Part shown: positions 54,878 to 64,000 of the stretch, piece after piece
Numbering within the stretch: the first letter of the stretch is position 1
Layout: every line of letters starts with the position of its first letter
Virus record (IMG/VR): IMGVR_UViG_3300037042_007115
Direction: 5' to 3' (one strand)
Source of the DNA: a virus
Taxonomy: Duplodnaviria; Heunggongvirae; Uroviricota; Caudoviricetes
Length of the DNA: 64,000 bases
Position numbers and translations under genes: made by a program
The notes under the pieces: generated by a model
The model's database searches: none
Told to the model about the DNA's origin: nothing
What the model saw: the letters and a program-made list of their open reading frames with translations, nothing else

Positions 54878-55255
54878 ATGTCATTTACTCTGACCAGCTC
54901 CTTGAAATACAAAATTGTGGGCATTCTCCTTATTTTAGTAGGGGTTATATTGTTCGGTCAAGCATTCATGGTGTTCTTGACTCAGATGTTGAGTTTTTCA
55001 ACTTTAGGTACTGACCCGACTACCGGGCGTATTATCATCCCCACCTCACCAGTGGCTCTTATATGTGCAGAAGTTGCAGTTCCTGCCATTCTAGGAGTAA
55101 TTTTCTCCCTGCTTGGGTTTATCTTATACTGTATTCCGATGATAACTGACCTTTCTACTTACCTAAAAGACTTTAGCACCATATTAAATCCAAAAGAACC
55201 GGAGACAGAGTGCCAGTGCAGGCACAACTGCCAGAATTATGTGCCCAGGAGATAA
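54878..55255 (+). CDS. Two-TM membrane protein
   Basis: ORF track; hydrophobic helices. Confidence 0.65.
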   Translation: MSFTLTSSLKYKIVGILLILVGVILFGQAFMVFLTQMLSFSTLGTDPTTGRIIIPTSPVALICAEVAVPAILGVIFSLLGFILYCIPMITDLSTYLKDFSTILNPKEPETECQCRHNCQNYVPRR

Positions 55256-55385
55256 GTAATTAATGGGAGACACTATCTTCAGATCCGGATAGCTCTGACA
55301 GAGTTCAGGCGGATGAGAATGAGAGACTCTCAGCTCCCGGGGTAACTTTTAATATGCCCACAGCCCATATTAATTAACGGAGTTT

Positions 55386-55607
55386 TTGATGAATGCGTTA
55401 GCCGGGCTGCCCAACTCAGCCATTAGTGTCCATGCAGCTTTAACTGCTTTGGGGTCCTTAGACCACAGTGAGTTAATAGTGCAAACAGGATTAGCTCCCA
55501 GGACTGTTAGATACGCTCTAACAAAATTAAAGGGAGTTGGATTACTCCAAGAAAGTCTAAATTTTAGAGACATGCGGCGGATTATTTATAGTTTGAAGTC
55601 GCAGTAA
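55386..55607 (+). CDS. Small winged-HTH transcription regulator
   Basis: LDHSELIVQTGLAPRTVRYALTKLKGVGLLQE..DMRRIIYSL. Confidence 0.8.
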   Translation: MMNALAGLPNSAISVHAALTALGSLDHSELIVQTGLAPRTVRYALTKLKGVGLLQESLNFRDMRRIIYSLKSQ

Positions 55608-55643
55608 CTTAGTTATCCTTTTATATCTTCACGCCTCATACTT

Positions 55644-55973
55644 ATGTATACACGGAGGCATATGAAAACTATTTCTAAGAAGAAAGCACGCCATCTTTCT
55701 GTTCTGGCTAACCGCGCTGGAAAGCTGGCTACTCTTCATGAGGAGGCCTCTCAGGCCTTCTGGGCTGCTTTTAAGGAGACTATTGGGTCTTCTGGTGAGC
55801 CTTTTAACCTGGAGACGGGGGCAGAAGACCCGCTTGTCGACATTGTAGACTATGGCCGAGCTGAAGCTACTATAGAGAGTATGCAGAAAATGGTAGCGGA
55901 TATTCTGGCAGATGACAGCTCCCTCCCACAAGAAGATAATGAGGAAGAAGCTGGGGATCCCGATTACCCTTAG
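55644..55973 (+). CDS. Hypothetical protein
   Basis: ORF track. Confidence 0.6.
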   Translation: MYTRRHMKTISKKKARHLSVLANRAGKLATLHEEASQAFWAAFKETIGSSGEPFNLETGAEDPLVDIVDYGRAEATIESMQKMVADILADDSSLPQEDNEEEAGDPDYP

Positions 55974-55981
55974 GTGATAGC

Positions 55982-56137
55982 ATGGTATACATTATTGCAA
56001 AAGAGCGAGATGACGACTGCTATAGATTTATGGACTCCGTGAATGAGCGGTTATTTCGTACTGAAAGAGAAGCTTGGTCTCGCTTAGACCAGATACAGCC
56101 CCTCTTTCATGAGACACTAGTTGTAGCGGGGAACTAA
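55982..56137 (+). CDS. Small hypothetical protein (51 aa), below ORF-track cutoff
   Basis: AGGTGAT SD; TAATG coupling to next ORF. Confidence 0.5.
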   Translation: MVYIIAKERDDDCYRFMDSVNERLFRTEREAWSRLDQIQPLFHETLVVAGN

Positions 56138-56307
56138 TGCCTAGCCCGATGAAGCATGAATACGGGGGAATCTTGCACCACATACAGGTAAACCTTAGAG
56201 ATCAGGGTTTTACCAATGATGAGCTTATTACCCTTCTAGCCTCGGCAAGTAAGATACAGGACCAGTGTGCCCGGGCCATCATACAGAATACGAGGAAACA
56301 CAGATGA
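56137..56307 (+). CDS. Small hypothetical protein (56 aa), below ORF-track cutoff
   Basis: TAATG and ATGA coupling on both sides. Confidence 0.5.
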   Translation: MPSPMKHEYGGILHHIQVNLRDQGFTNDELITLLASASKIQDQCARAIIQNTRKHR

Positions 56308-56696
56308 GCAATTTAGTGGATAAAGAAAAGTTGGTTAGTGCCATTGAGGTACTTCCAGCCGAAACACAGAAGGCTATTGCTGGCCTAGTTCAGGGTATTA
56401 TCTCTGGGCTTTACGACTTTAGCCCAGCCCCTTCCGGTCAAACCGGGATAGTCCGCAAGAGTATTATCCAGACACTTCATGTGCGGGGTACCTGTTTAGG
56501 AGTACCTGGTGGCGGGAAGGCCTGTATCAACCTACATAGCTGCAGTTTTGCTCTAGGTAAGGGTATGTTGCCTTGTGAACAAATCTTAGAAGCTCTTGCA
56601 CAGACGCAGATGACCTTAATGCATGGTGATGTAGTGGTGAGGGATTTCAGTACTCCTTCTAGTATAGATCGTTATAAGCAGCTGTCGGGGGTTTAA
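56304..56696 (+). CDS. Hypothetical protein
   Basis: GAGG SD; ATGA overlap. Confidence 0.6.
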   Translation: MSNLVDKEKLVSAIEVLPAETQKAIAGLVQGIISGLYDFSPAPSGQTGIVRKSIIQTLHVRGTCLGVPGGGKACINLHSCSFALGKGMLPCEQILEALAQTQMTLMHGDVVVRDFSTPSSIDRYKQLSGV

Positions 56697-56697
56697 A

Positions 56698-56943
56698 ATG
56701 TGGGAAAATACTGGGTATGTTTTTCAACTTATTCATTTAGCAAAGAAGTATCCGGAAAAATCTATGGAGGAGCTTGGCTCCCTGGCCCACACCCAGATTA
56801 GTTCTATGAAGATAGAGCTTCCTAACTACCTTAAAGATCCACTAACGGCTGCTTCTACTCAATTTCAGTCAGATCCTAATATGATTATTTGTCATGCACT
56901 TGAGGATTGGCTCATTTCAAGAAAATTCATTTCAGAGGTTTAA
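56698..56943 (+). CDS. Hypothetical protein
   Basis: ORF track; packing. Confidence 0.55.
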   Translation: MWENTGYVFQLIHLAKKYPEKSMEELGSLAHTQISSMKIELPNYLKDPLTAASTQFQSDPNMIICHALEDWLISRKFISEV

Positions 56944-57276
56944 ATGATAGATGTGAAATTGTTGCGGGAATGTGCTGATAGGGCATACAACTACCGCTGG
57001 AAAATTGGTAAAGATGAATTCCGTGGTCTCTATGGTTTAATCCAGATTTTGGAATACGCAGAGACTAAAGGAATTGAGATCAAGACAGCTCAAGACTTTC
57101 AGAATCTCCTAACAAAGCTTCAGGGTGAACAGAAGAAGCTTGATAATGAGGCCCAAGAAAAGTACCTCAAAAAGCATAGCAAGCCCTCGTTGAAAGGCAA
57201 GAAATACTGCGGCTTGAAGAATAAAGATTGGCGGGACTGGATCCTTTGTGATGGTAAGGAAGTATTTCCACTATGA
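56944..57276 (+). CDS. Hypothetical protein
   Basis: GAGG SD; packing. Confidence 0.6.
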   Translation: MIDVKLLRECADRAYNYRWKIGKDEFRGLYGLIQILEYAETKGIEIKTAQDFQNLLTKLQGEQKKLDNEAQEKYLKKHSKPSLKGKKYCGLKNKDWRDWILCDGKEVFPL

Positions 57277-57626
57277 CCCCAGAAACAAAGTATACTATCA
57301 GTGAAGAGCAACTATCAGAGTTGATAGGTGTTCAACTCTTTGCTAATCCAGCTCTTGCTAGAGAGATTAGGTCTAGCCTTCTTTCTATAAAATTAAAGGG
57401 AGAATATGAGAGGGGGTATAATGACGGGTCTTCCGCAGTTGTTGTAGACCCCTATGTTCTTGAGTACAAGGCAGCAAAGAAAGTGCGAGAGTTGATCTTG
57501 CCCACAGATTTAGAGTTAAGGGCGATTAAACATGCCGTCTGTTTTGCCATTCAGGAGAAGATTGAGGGATATGAGGTTGCTGATTCATACTACCATAAAT
57601 TAAAGGCTTTATGTGGTAGATTATGA
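57273..57626 (+). CDS. Hypothetical protein
   Basis: ATGA overlap. Confidence 0.6.
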   Translation: MTPETKYTISEEQLSELIGVQLFANPALAREIRSSLLSIKLKGEYERGYNDGSSAVVVDPYVLEYKAAKKVRELILPTDLELRAIKHAVCFAIQEKIEGYEVADSYYHKLKALCGRL

Positions 57627-57818
57627 CTGGGGCTCTTAAAGCAGTTAAGATTAAGCCTAACATATCAGAGGAGAACTTAGTCGAACTTCAGGAGATAGCA
57701 GATAGGATGCATGCAATGGGCATTATTAAAAATAATTCTCCTGATTCTTGCTTATCAGAGCTTATTTCATTTTGGCTGCGTGATGATTTATGACCAAACA
57801 CTATGCGGGGTTGATGCA

Positions 57819-58187
57819 ATGAATAATTATATAATAGTAATTGCAGTATTTATTACTATAATAGGGGTTGCAATTATATCTTCAACGCCCGAATCTAATA
57901 CGTCGTTATCTGCATTACCAAATATAAACGCAGATACCCATTTAAATGATATGGGGTATATGCAACATATGGTTATGTTACATATCGAACCCCCCGAAAA
58001 AGATATTATTGTATCAGCATGGGCTTCTGATAAATATCCCATTACGTCGGGGAGAACCGATAACAATTCTGATATTGTGTTTCCGATGATTTCTGCCGAA
58101 AAATACTACGTTACAGTACCATCACGGAATATTTCTATTGTGTTATACCCAATGGGCGAGTATTACATTTTAGGGGCGGGGGTTTGA
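57819..58187 (+). CDS. Membrane-anchored protein resembling the C-terminal domain of the 1872-aa spike-like protein
   Basis: N-terminal TM; SGRTDNNSDIVFPMISAEKYYVTV..LYPMGEYYIL. Confidence 0.65.
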   Translation: MNNYIIVIAVFITIIGVAIISSTPESNTSLSALPNINADTHLNDMGYMQHMVMLHIEPPEKDIIVSAWASDKYPITSGRTDNNSDIVFPMISAEKYYVTVPSRNISIVLYPMGEYYILGAGV

Positions 58188-58191
58188 TATA

Positions 58192-58533
58192 ATGACCAAA
58201 CACTATGTCACACAATCTGAGAAACAAAATCCAGGCTGCTGTAAGCATGTTCACCGGGACTATTCTCACTGCTTAATCTGTATTTTGATGCTTGAGTTTA
58301 ATGTCTCAAAATGCAAAGAGGGTCGGGGGAATTGTGTACATTATTGTCGAAGATATAGCGGGGGTCTAGCACCCCACCCTCTTTGTGCCCATACCGGTCT
58401 TGAAAGGTTGCCTTCCGGGGGCGGCCTTACTTTAACTTCTTGTTGTCATGAAGATTCTGTCGAGCATAATCATATTATCTGTGAGCTTGAGAACCAGAAA
58501 ACCTGCAATGACTATGAGAGGGAGGAACCATGA
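58192..58533 (+). CDS. Cys/His-rich protein
   Basis: Multiple Cys clusters. Confidence 0.55.
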   Translation: MTKHYVTQSEKQNPGCCKHVHRDYSHCLICILMLEFNVSKCKEGRGNCVHYCRRYSGGLAPHPLCAHTGLERLPSGGGLTLTSCCHEDSVEHNHIICELENQKTCNDYEREEP

Positions 58534-58811
58534 AATACCTTTGCATTTTATTAATTATTATGTTAGCTACTGCCGGTTGTGCTAGTACTGTTTGCATTCC
58601 AGTTAAGGTAGATAGGGTTGTATACAGTAGTTCTGGGACATGCAATCTTCTTCTTGAGAATGTCTCTTTCCAAACTCTAGGTAATTTTGGGGGTTTTGAC
58701 TGTTCTGATATTATGCTAGGAGAAACGGTTTGGGTAAAATTTGATGGGTCCCTACCACAAAGTCCTATCACTCAGATTTGTCAAGCAGACTCCAATGGAG
58801 TATACAAATAG
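58530..58811 (+). CDS. Putative lipoprotein
   Basis: MKYLCILLIIMLATAGC lipobox. Confidence 0.6.
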   Translation: MKYLCILLIIMLATAGCASTVCIPVKVDRVVYSSSGTCNLLLENVSFQTLGNFGGFDCSDIMLGETVWVKFDGSLPQSPITQICQADSNGVYK

Positions 58812-58819
58812 GTGAATTT

Positions 58820-59152
58820 ATGTACGTTATTCCACTGACACTTGAAAATTTAGGTAAGATCGGGGTTCTTTCTACCCCAGAGCATCTAGAAAGGTATGTT
58901 GAGCCTACAAAGACTGGGAGTTTTTACTTCCATACACTAAGTAGTTTTGGAGATGAGTTTGTAGTCATGTCCTACTATAAGGAGGACATAGAAAAGGCTA
59001 AGAAGCGTTGTACTGAGGAGTTAGCTTCTCATAGTTTGAAACCTATCTGGGGAGAAATCCGTAGGGAGAGTCAATCTTGGGTAAAGGCTCAAGAGTCTCT
59101 CTTCAAAGCAAAGCGGGCTCTAATCAAAGACCCCATTAGAGTAAGTGGTTAA
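58820..59152 (+). CDS. Hypothetical protein
   Basis: AGGTGA SD before ATG. Confidence 0.6.
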   Translation: MYVIPLTLENLGKIGVLSTPEHLERYVEPTKTGSFYFHTLSSFGDEFVVMSYYKEDIEKAKKRCTEELASHSLKPIWGEIRRESQSWVKAQESLFKAKRALIKDPIRVSG

Positions 59153-59615
59153 GATGAAAGTCAACGATGTGATTAAAGAAGCTGACCCTAAAAAAGAATT
59201 TATCTCCATAGAGAAAGGAGAGGTCAGCCTGGTTATGGTTTTTGACCATGAAGCTCTGGTAAAGAAGAATGAGAAGAAAATTGTTCGCCTGTATAAACTT
59301 ATGGCAGACGGAGAGTCAGTTGAACCAATAGATACCAAGAAAGTTATTTCTCGCCTGGTTAATGCCGTTAAAGGTGATGTCAAGGTGGATGAACTTCTCT
59401 CAGAGGTCTTCAGCAACACGCCCCCGGAATTACTTTTGAAGCTTGATGATAAACTTCGGAAAGCTAAAGAACAATCAGTGAAGGATAGCAATCCCCACAA
59501 GATTAGGGTAGGAAGCTCCCCTACTTACCACTGTTGCTATAGTCTTGTAGTTGAAGACAAGGACGGAAAAATTGAGATACCTATCTCAGGGGGAAGATAT
59601 GACCGTGGGGGATAG
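59145..59615 (+). CDS. Hypothetical protein
   Basis: ORF track. Confidence 0.7.
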   Translation: MVKMKVNDVIKEADPKKEFISIEKGEVSLVMVFDHEALVKKNEKKIVRLYKLMADGESVEPIDTKKVISRLVNAVKGDVKVDELLSEVFSNTPPELLLKLDDKLRKAKEQSVKDSNPHKIRVGSSPTYHCCYSLVVEDKDGKIEIPISGGRYDRGG

Positions 59616-59660
59616 GTTAATATTTTAATCCTGGGCATCCCATAAGAATATGGGTGTATT

Positions 59661-59906
59661 TTGGTCGCTGATACTAATTTTGCTTGGGACTGGATTCTTA
59701 CCATTGTGTCAGTGGCGGTTATTGTTTTAATGTTTTTAGCCACTATCTTTTTTATTATTCTAGTTACTTACCTTAAACAGTGGGATATTTATTACCCACC
59801 AATAGACAAATGGCTAAAAGCTAGAGAGAAGGCTAAGAAGGAGGCAGTTAGGAAGCAGAATAAAGCTATAGGTAGAATAGAGAGGCGAGGGAAGCTTGGT
59901 AACTGA
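59661..59906 (+). CDS. Single-TM protein
   Basis: ORF track. Confidence 0.55.
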   Translation: MVADTNFAWDWILTIVSVAVIVLMFLATIFFIILVTYLKQWDIYYPPIDKWLKAREKAKKEAVRKQNKAIGRIERRGKLGN

Positions 59907-60189
59907 TTCTAATTTTATTCTTCTTTGTTTTCTTGAGGGGACTATTGTTTTTCTTATCTGTGGGATTCTTCAAGATTTTTGTCCTAGGAAAAGAGTTATT
60001 CCATTTGATCCCAACTGGGGTGGATTAAAGAAGTGTGTTTTCTGGGCAATTTTAATAAAAACTTCATTATTAAATCATAGATATATTGGGGGTTTGTTTC
60101 CCTTTGTGTTTTTTTCTTTGTTAGGCTTAATCTTCTTGAGTTTCATTTGGTATGGCTACCATGTTTATAGAATTATGCTAGGAGGATAA
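59896..60189 (+). CDS. Membrane protein
   Basis: ORF track. Confidence 0.5.
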   Translation: MVTDSNFILLCFLEGTIVFLICGILQDFCPRKRVIPFDPNWGGLKKCVFWAILIKTSLLNHRYIGGLFPFVFFSLLGLIFLSFIWYGYHVYRIMLGG

Positions 60190-60192
60190 GAA

Positions 60193-60927
60193 TTGAAACC
60201 ATATGAATTAAATTTAGGCGGGTTTACTCCAGTTTCTACTGTGGATTTACCCGGCAGGTCTGCTTGTGTCGTGTTTTTCCGCGGGTGTCCTAATTCCTGT
60301 ACTTATTGTCACAATGTACAGCTCATACGAGGTAAAACCTCAGCACCTATAGAATATGTGAAAAAGATGATTAAAGATTCCCATCTAGCAATTAGTGCCG
60401 TAGTTTTCTCGGGGGGAGAACCTACTCTCCAGCCGAGAGCATTAATAGAGCTTCTTAAATATTCCCGGGACTTAGGATTATATACCGCTATTCATACCAG
60501 TGGGGTGTATCCGGATGTATTGCAAGAGATTTTAGCCAGGAAGCTCGTAGACAAGATTGCTTTGGATATTAAGACTACCTGGGAATACTATCCTGCCCTA
60601 TTAGGTAATGATTTTACTGCCGGGGTCCAGGCATCTTTGTTTTTTTGTCGCGGGGCAAAAATGCACGGAGACCTTAACGACTTTGAAGTAGTACATACGG
60701 TTTTCCCTGGGGGTCTCCATGTAGCTATGAATGTCTCTTTGTATGCCCCGGAGATTCCTCTGGTCCTTCAGCAGGGGAACTTAGGTCATAGGGGGCCGTC
60801 AGTCTCACCGTTGGACTTAAGAGAGATAGCTAATATCTGCAGTAACCATGAGGGTGGAATTCGTATAAGGTCTAGAGAATGCGGGGAAGAGCAAGTAGTG
60901 TCTCCGATCAAACCATTTGGGTTTTGA
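60193..60927 (+). CDS. nrdG: Radical SAM anaerobic ribonucleotide reductase activating enzyme
   Basis: STVDLPG..VVFFRGCPNSCTYCHN..VVFSGGEPTLQ..HTSG..KIALDIK. Confidence 0.85.
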   Translation: MKPYELNLGGFTPVSTVDLPGRSACVVFFRGCPNSCTYCHNVQLIRGKTSAPIEYVKKMIKDSHLAISAVVFSGGEPTLQPRALIELLKYSRDLGLYTAIHTSGVYPDVLQEILARKLVDKIALDIKTTWEYYPALLGNDFTAGVQASLFFCRGAKMHGDLNDFEVVHTVFPGGLHVAMNVSLYAPEIPLVLQQGNLGHRGPSVSPLDLREIANICSNHEGGIRIRSRECGEEQVVSPIKPFGF

Positions 60928-60969
60928 TCTAGCACCCTTTAATACCCTTCACTGCTAATACTATTTTGT

Positions 60970-61218
60970 ATGGACATTGATCTTAGGAGCGACGAGTGGG
61001 GGACTTTGTTATTGCTCCTTCTTAAGTGTGAACTTCTTAATGATGCAGTACAGGCCGGGCTCCCGGTAACACTTACTAAGGATAACTTCAAATTTCCCGA
61101 TGGGTTTTCAGATAAGTCGGCTGTTAGGTCTATTGCACAGAAGATATACCACAATGAATCATTAGCTTGGCTTAAAGAACAAAGAGGTGCGTATATGGAC
61201 CCCCCCAAGGTGAAATAA
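60970..61218 (+). CDS. Hypothetical protein
   Basis: ORF track. Confidence 0.55.
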   Translation: MDIDLRSDEWGTLLLLLLKCELLNDAVQAGLPVTLTKDNFKFPDGFSDKSAVRSIAQKIYHNESLAWLKEQRGAYMDPPKVK

Positions 61219-61273
61219 ATATGAGATTCTTTATATACCTTTACTCACTTCTTTTAAGTAAAGAAGGTAAACT

Positions 61274-61639
61274 ATGACAAAACCCAATTCGGAAGATGAA
61301 AAGTATAATGCTGGCTTAGGTGTCTGCATTATTAGGAAGAGTGTTAATGTAACTAAATGGCTCTGGAAAGAGTGGTCACTCCCGGTAGTTTGCGTACTTG
61401 GAATACTGATCATCGTATCCATATTAAATTTCTTGATAGTGGCTACATTCCCTTACTTCCAGTACGCCATGATGACCCTGCGTACACTTAATCCACTAGT
61501 ATATGTAGCTTTAGCCATACTGCTGCCTATCCCAATTTATTCTACTTTCTGGTGTATCTGGTACCGAAGGCGAGTACAGACTAAAAAAGCCTTTGAGGAA
61601 GAGCCTGTTTGCCCCATTCCAAATACTGGGGGCGATTAA
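61274..61639 (+). CDS. Two-TM membrane protein
   Basis: AAGG SD; ORF track. Confidence 0.6.
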   Translation: MTKPNSEDEKYNAGLGVCIIRKSVNVTKWLWKEWSLPVVCVLGILIIVSILNFLIVATFPYFQYAMMTLRTLNPLVYVALAILLPIPIYSTFWCIWYRRRVQTKKAFEEEPVCPIPNTGGD

Positions 61640-61641
61640 TC

Positions 61642-62394
61642 ATGGCTATGGAACTACCACGAATTGCTGAAGAGCAAAATGCCTATAATAATGTCATTTT
61701 GGCCTCAGAACATGGTAAGGGCGTAGCTTTTAGTGGAAAATTCTATCACCTCTGCTATGGGCGCTATACTCCCAATTCTCAGACCCTGAAATGTGAGGGT
61801 ATTAGCCTAGTTATCAAGAGTAATATCGACCAGAGCCCTGGGAAGCCAATCATAGTTAAATTTGAGCCTGAGAAGATTGGGGTGTTAGACTCCTTGAATG
61901 GTAAAGTTGCAAAGCCTTTCAAAGTTAGATTGAAAGAGGCTACTGACAAGCAGATTGCAGTCATAGAGGAGTTTGATGATCATAATCGGAAAGTTAAAGA
62001 GACAGCAGAGAAGATCGTACAATGCCACATGAACATTGATAATCTCATGACAGAAATTACTAGCGGGACGGCCATTTCACATATAACTATGATTGAAGAC
62101 CAAGCAAATGCCCAGAAAGCTCTTAAAGCAGCAGAGGAAAAAGTTGAGGCAGAGTCTGAAAGGTTCATGTCCGAGAGTACTAGCCTGCAGCCGCAGGACT
62201 TTTTACCCGACCAATCCAACAATCGCTCAGTTGGGGCCGAGGCTATAGATGATTTGCAGGCTAAATCCCGCCGGGCCAATGACATTATTCTCAACGCCGA
62301 CTATAGGGTCATAGAATCCGGGTATGGTGCTCATGCTAAAGTACCCATAGGTTCTGCAACTACTCCCCGCCCGCGTAGCATCATTGAATATTAA
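61642..62394 (+). CDS. Hypothetical protein with a coiled-coil segment
   Basis: ORF track; start trimmed to MAME. Confidence 0.7.
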   Translation: MAMELPRIAEEQNAYNNVILASEHGKGVAFSGKFYHLCYGRYTPNSQTLKCEGISLVIKSNIDQSPGKPIIVKFEPEKIGVLDSLNGKVAKPFKVRLKEATDKQIAVIEEFDDHNRKVKETAEKIVQCHMNIDNLMTEITSGTAISHITMIEDQANAQKALKAAEEKVEAESERFMSESTSLQPQDFLPDQSNNRSVGAEAIDDLQAKSRRANDIILNADYRVIESGYGAHAKVPIGSATTPRPRSIIEY

Positions 62395-62408
62395 GGAGGT
62401 AAAGTAAA

Positions 62409-62867
62409 ATGGAAATTGGAGACAAATTATTGGTCTATGAGTTGAGCGGTTTTGGGTATGTTGATACCCCTTATGCTCTTCTTACTATTACTGAGAAGCG
62501 TAAAAATGTGCCGGGCTCTTATGGTTCTATGAATAACTCTGGCTATAAAGCCGTAGACCAGTATGGCATCTTATATGAATGGTGCTGGAACACATTTCCC
62601 GACGAGGCCATGGGCGGTATAGTCTGGTATAGCCTCGGGACTAGGGATGGTAGGGTTATAGAGGAGCCAAAAGTTTGGAGCCATTTCACCGGGGCCCCAC
62701 GAAGAATCACCCGGCTTGTAGAGAAATACCCCGAGTTAGTAGCATATTGTGAAATGCATCATTGTACCTACTTGAAAGAGTGGGGATGCCGTGAGTGTTC
62801 CGCTCTGAAGCACAATAATGACCTTGGAGTCAAAGTAGATCGTAAGCAAGATATAATAGAGTATTGA
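62409..62867 (+). CDS. Hypothetical protein
   Basis: GGAGGT SD. Confidence 0.7.
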   Translation: MEIGDKLLVYELSGFGYVDTPYALLTITEKRKNVPGSYGSMNNSGYKAVDQYGILYEWCWNTFPDEAMGGIVWYSLGTRDGRVIEEPKVWSHFTGAPRRITRLVEKYPELVAYCEMHHCTYLKEWGCRECSALKHNNDLGVKVDRKQDIIEY

Positions 62868-62935
62868 GGGATTCAGGGTTGGGTACCTTTATAACTCATT
62901 ACACCTAATATCAATTACATTTTGTGAGGTAAAAT

Positions 62936-63166
62936 ATGAAGATTGTTAAGTACTACCCATATCGGAAGGGCCTAGTACGGGGCCATGCAATACCCCGGGA
63001 ACTTGCTCGCCCGTTAGAAGAAGAACTTTGTAAGCTTGCCGGTGTCTCAATAGACAACCATGTATGTTTCTTTCTTCTGGATGAATATAGCAACCCATTC
63101 GCAGTCATGTTCCACGACCTTGTTTGTGTCTTTGGCCAAGAAGTAGATGAGCGGGGGATGGGCTGA
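62936..63166 (+). CDS. Hypothetical protein
   Basis: GAGGT SD. Confidence 0.6.
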   Translation: MKIVKYYPYRKGLVRGHAIPRELARPLEEELCKLAGVSIDNHVCFFLLDEYSNPFAVMFHDLVCVFGQEVDERGMG

Positions 63167-63546
63167 TGGTATACTTTGCGGTAATTACAAAAGTACCCGA
63201 GGACACGGAGGGTAATTATGCCTGTGCAGAAGCCTATATCAATCCTAAGGCTAGTCAGCATATCGCTGGGTCTAACATCATTGTCTCTCCACCTAAGTTG
63301 AATGAAGAGCTTTTTGTTAAGGCGATTTCAGCTCGGGGTAAGCAAAATATAATAGACCTCTCCATTGAGCAGATTGTTATCTGTAATACTCCGGTATTTA
63401 GCCTGGGGGAGATTATGGTAATGGGAGCTAATGATAGGACAATACCTGACGGCAGAAAGCCTAGTAAGTGGGATGTTACATATGAGGCTTTTACGGATAT
63501 TGATGCAGCTGTTAAGAGGGCTTTAGAGGTAGTGGTATGGGTATGA
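63166..63546 (+). CDS. Hypothetical protein
   Basis: TGATG coupling. Confidence 0.65.
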   Translation: MVYFAVITKVPEDTEGNYACAEAYINPKASQHIAGSNIIVSPPKLNEELFVKAISARGKQNIIDLSIEQIVICNTPVFSLGEIMVMGANDRTIPDGRKPSKWDVTYEAFTDIDAAVKRALEVVVWV

Positions 63547-63815
63547 TCTTGGAATTAGTCTTGCTTTGTGTTGCTACTTTTTTTCTGGCATTCTCTTTGA
63601 CCCAGGGAGATACCGATTGGAAATCTCAGGGTGGCCAGGAACACCACCCTATAGGTAATGGATTGGTTCTTTACGGCATTATAGGAATGGTCTTAATAGC
63701 AGTAACCATCTTAGTTGGACTATTTATTCCAGTATCCTTTACTGTTTTACCTCCATATGGTTGTACAATTCTATTTGCTTTGATAGTTGGTATGTTCTTT
63801 CAGGCATTATTATGA
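63537..63815 (+). CDS. Membrane protein
   Basis: Three hydrophobic segments. Confidence 0.55.
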   Translation: MGMILELVLLCVATFFLAFSLTQGDTDWKSQGGQEHHPIGNGLVLYGIIGMVLIAVTILVGLFIPVSFTVLPPYGCTILFALIVGMFFQALL

Positions 63816-64000
63816 AGTCTACTATTCTAACTAAGTTAAGCCAGTTTGATTCTAGTGAGCCGGAGTGGTGCCTACCACCAAAATTCTGGGAGAGAGCTTT
63901 CTCTTTCTCTTGTGAAACAATATTTCCTTTGGGAGTTATGCAAGACTTCCTTCATAGGAAGTGTCACCCATTATCTATTCGGGTATATCAGACAGCTAAA
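63812..64000 (+). CDS. Partial hypothetical protein (runs off the window)
   Basis: ATGA overlap; open to the window end. Confidence 0.5.
   Translation, partial: MKSTILTKLSQFDSSEPEWCLPPKFWERAFSFSCETIFPLGVMQDFLHRKCHPLSIRVYQTAK

Noticed and set aside
1-64000. Tailed phage or integrated provirus with host flanks
   Set aside because: No terminase, portal, HK97 capsid, integrase or att-linked host genes were recognised in the window; they could still lie outside it.

Overview
The whole window reads as one archaeal virus genome segment. The likely host is a methanogen (probably Methanomicrobiales), inferred from archaeal TATA/SD signals, an archaeal-type ThyA, and N-glycosylation-rich PKD surface proteins. 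No host housekeeping operons, integrase, terminase, portal or HK97 capsid gene were recognised. The left half (1-35.2 kb, minus strand) is a morphogenesis module. It holds a >2673-aa Gly-rich/DUF2341/PKD adhesin that runs off the window and is missing from the ORF track, a 1872-aa PKD/propeller/LamG spike-like protein, small two-helix membrane proteins, and a 3186-aa polyvalent-type protein. It also holds a P-loop ATPase, a two-helix major-capsid-like protein of the spindle-shaped-virus type, and free-standing HNH and LAGLIDADG nucleases. The middle (35.8-45 kb) has replication and nucleotide genes (primase-helicase, RNase H, ThyA, NMP kinase) and an AT-rich origin candidate flanked by a perfect 46-bp inverted repeat. 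The right part (45-64 kb, plus strand) is densely packed with small accessory ORFs. The standout locus is 52.0-54.1 kb, where a Ro60/TROVE gene follows a structured ncRNA array. The array comprises two Y-RNA-like RNAs, a tRNA minihelix, a complete tRNA cloverleaf with a UCA anticodon carrying a circularly permuted Y-RNA stem inside its anticodon stem, and a mini hairpin in the Ro60 leader. All family assignments are from motif recognition by eye; no searches were run.
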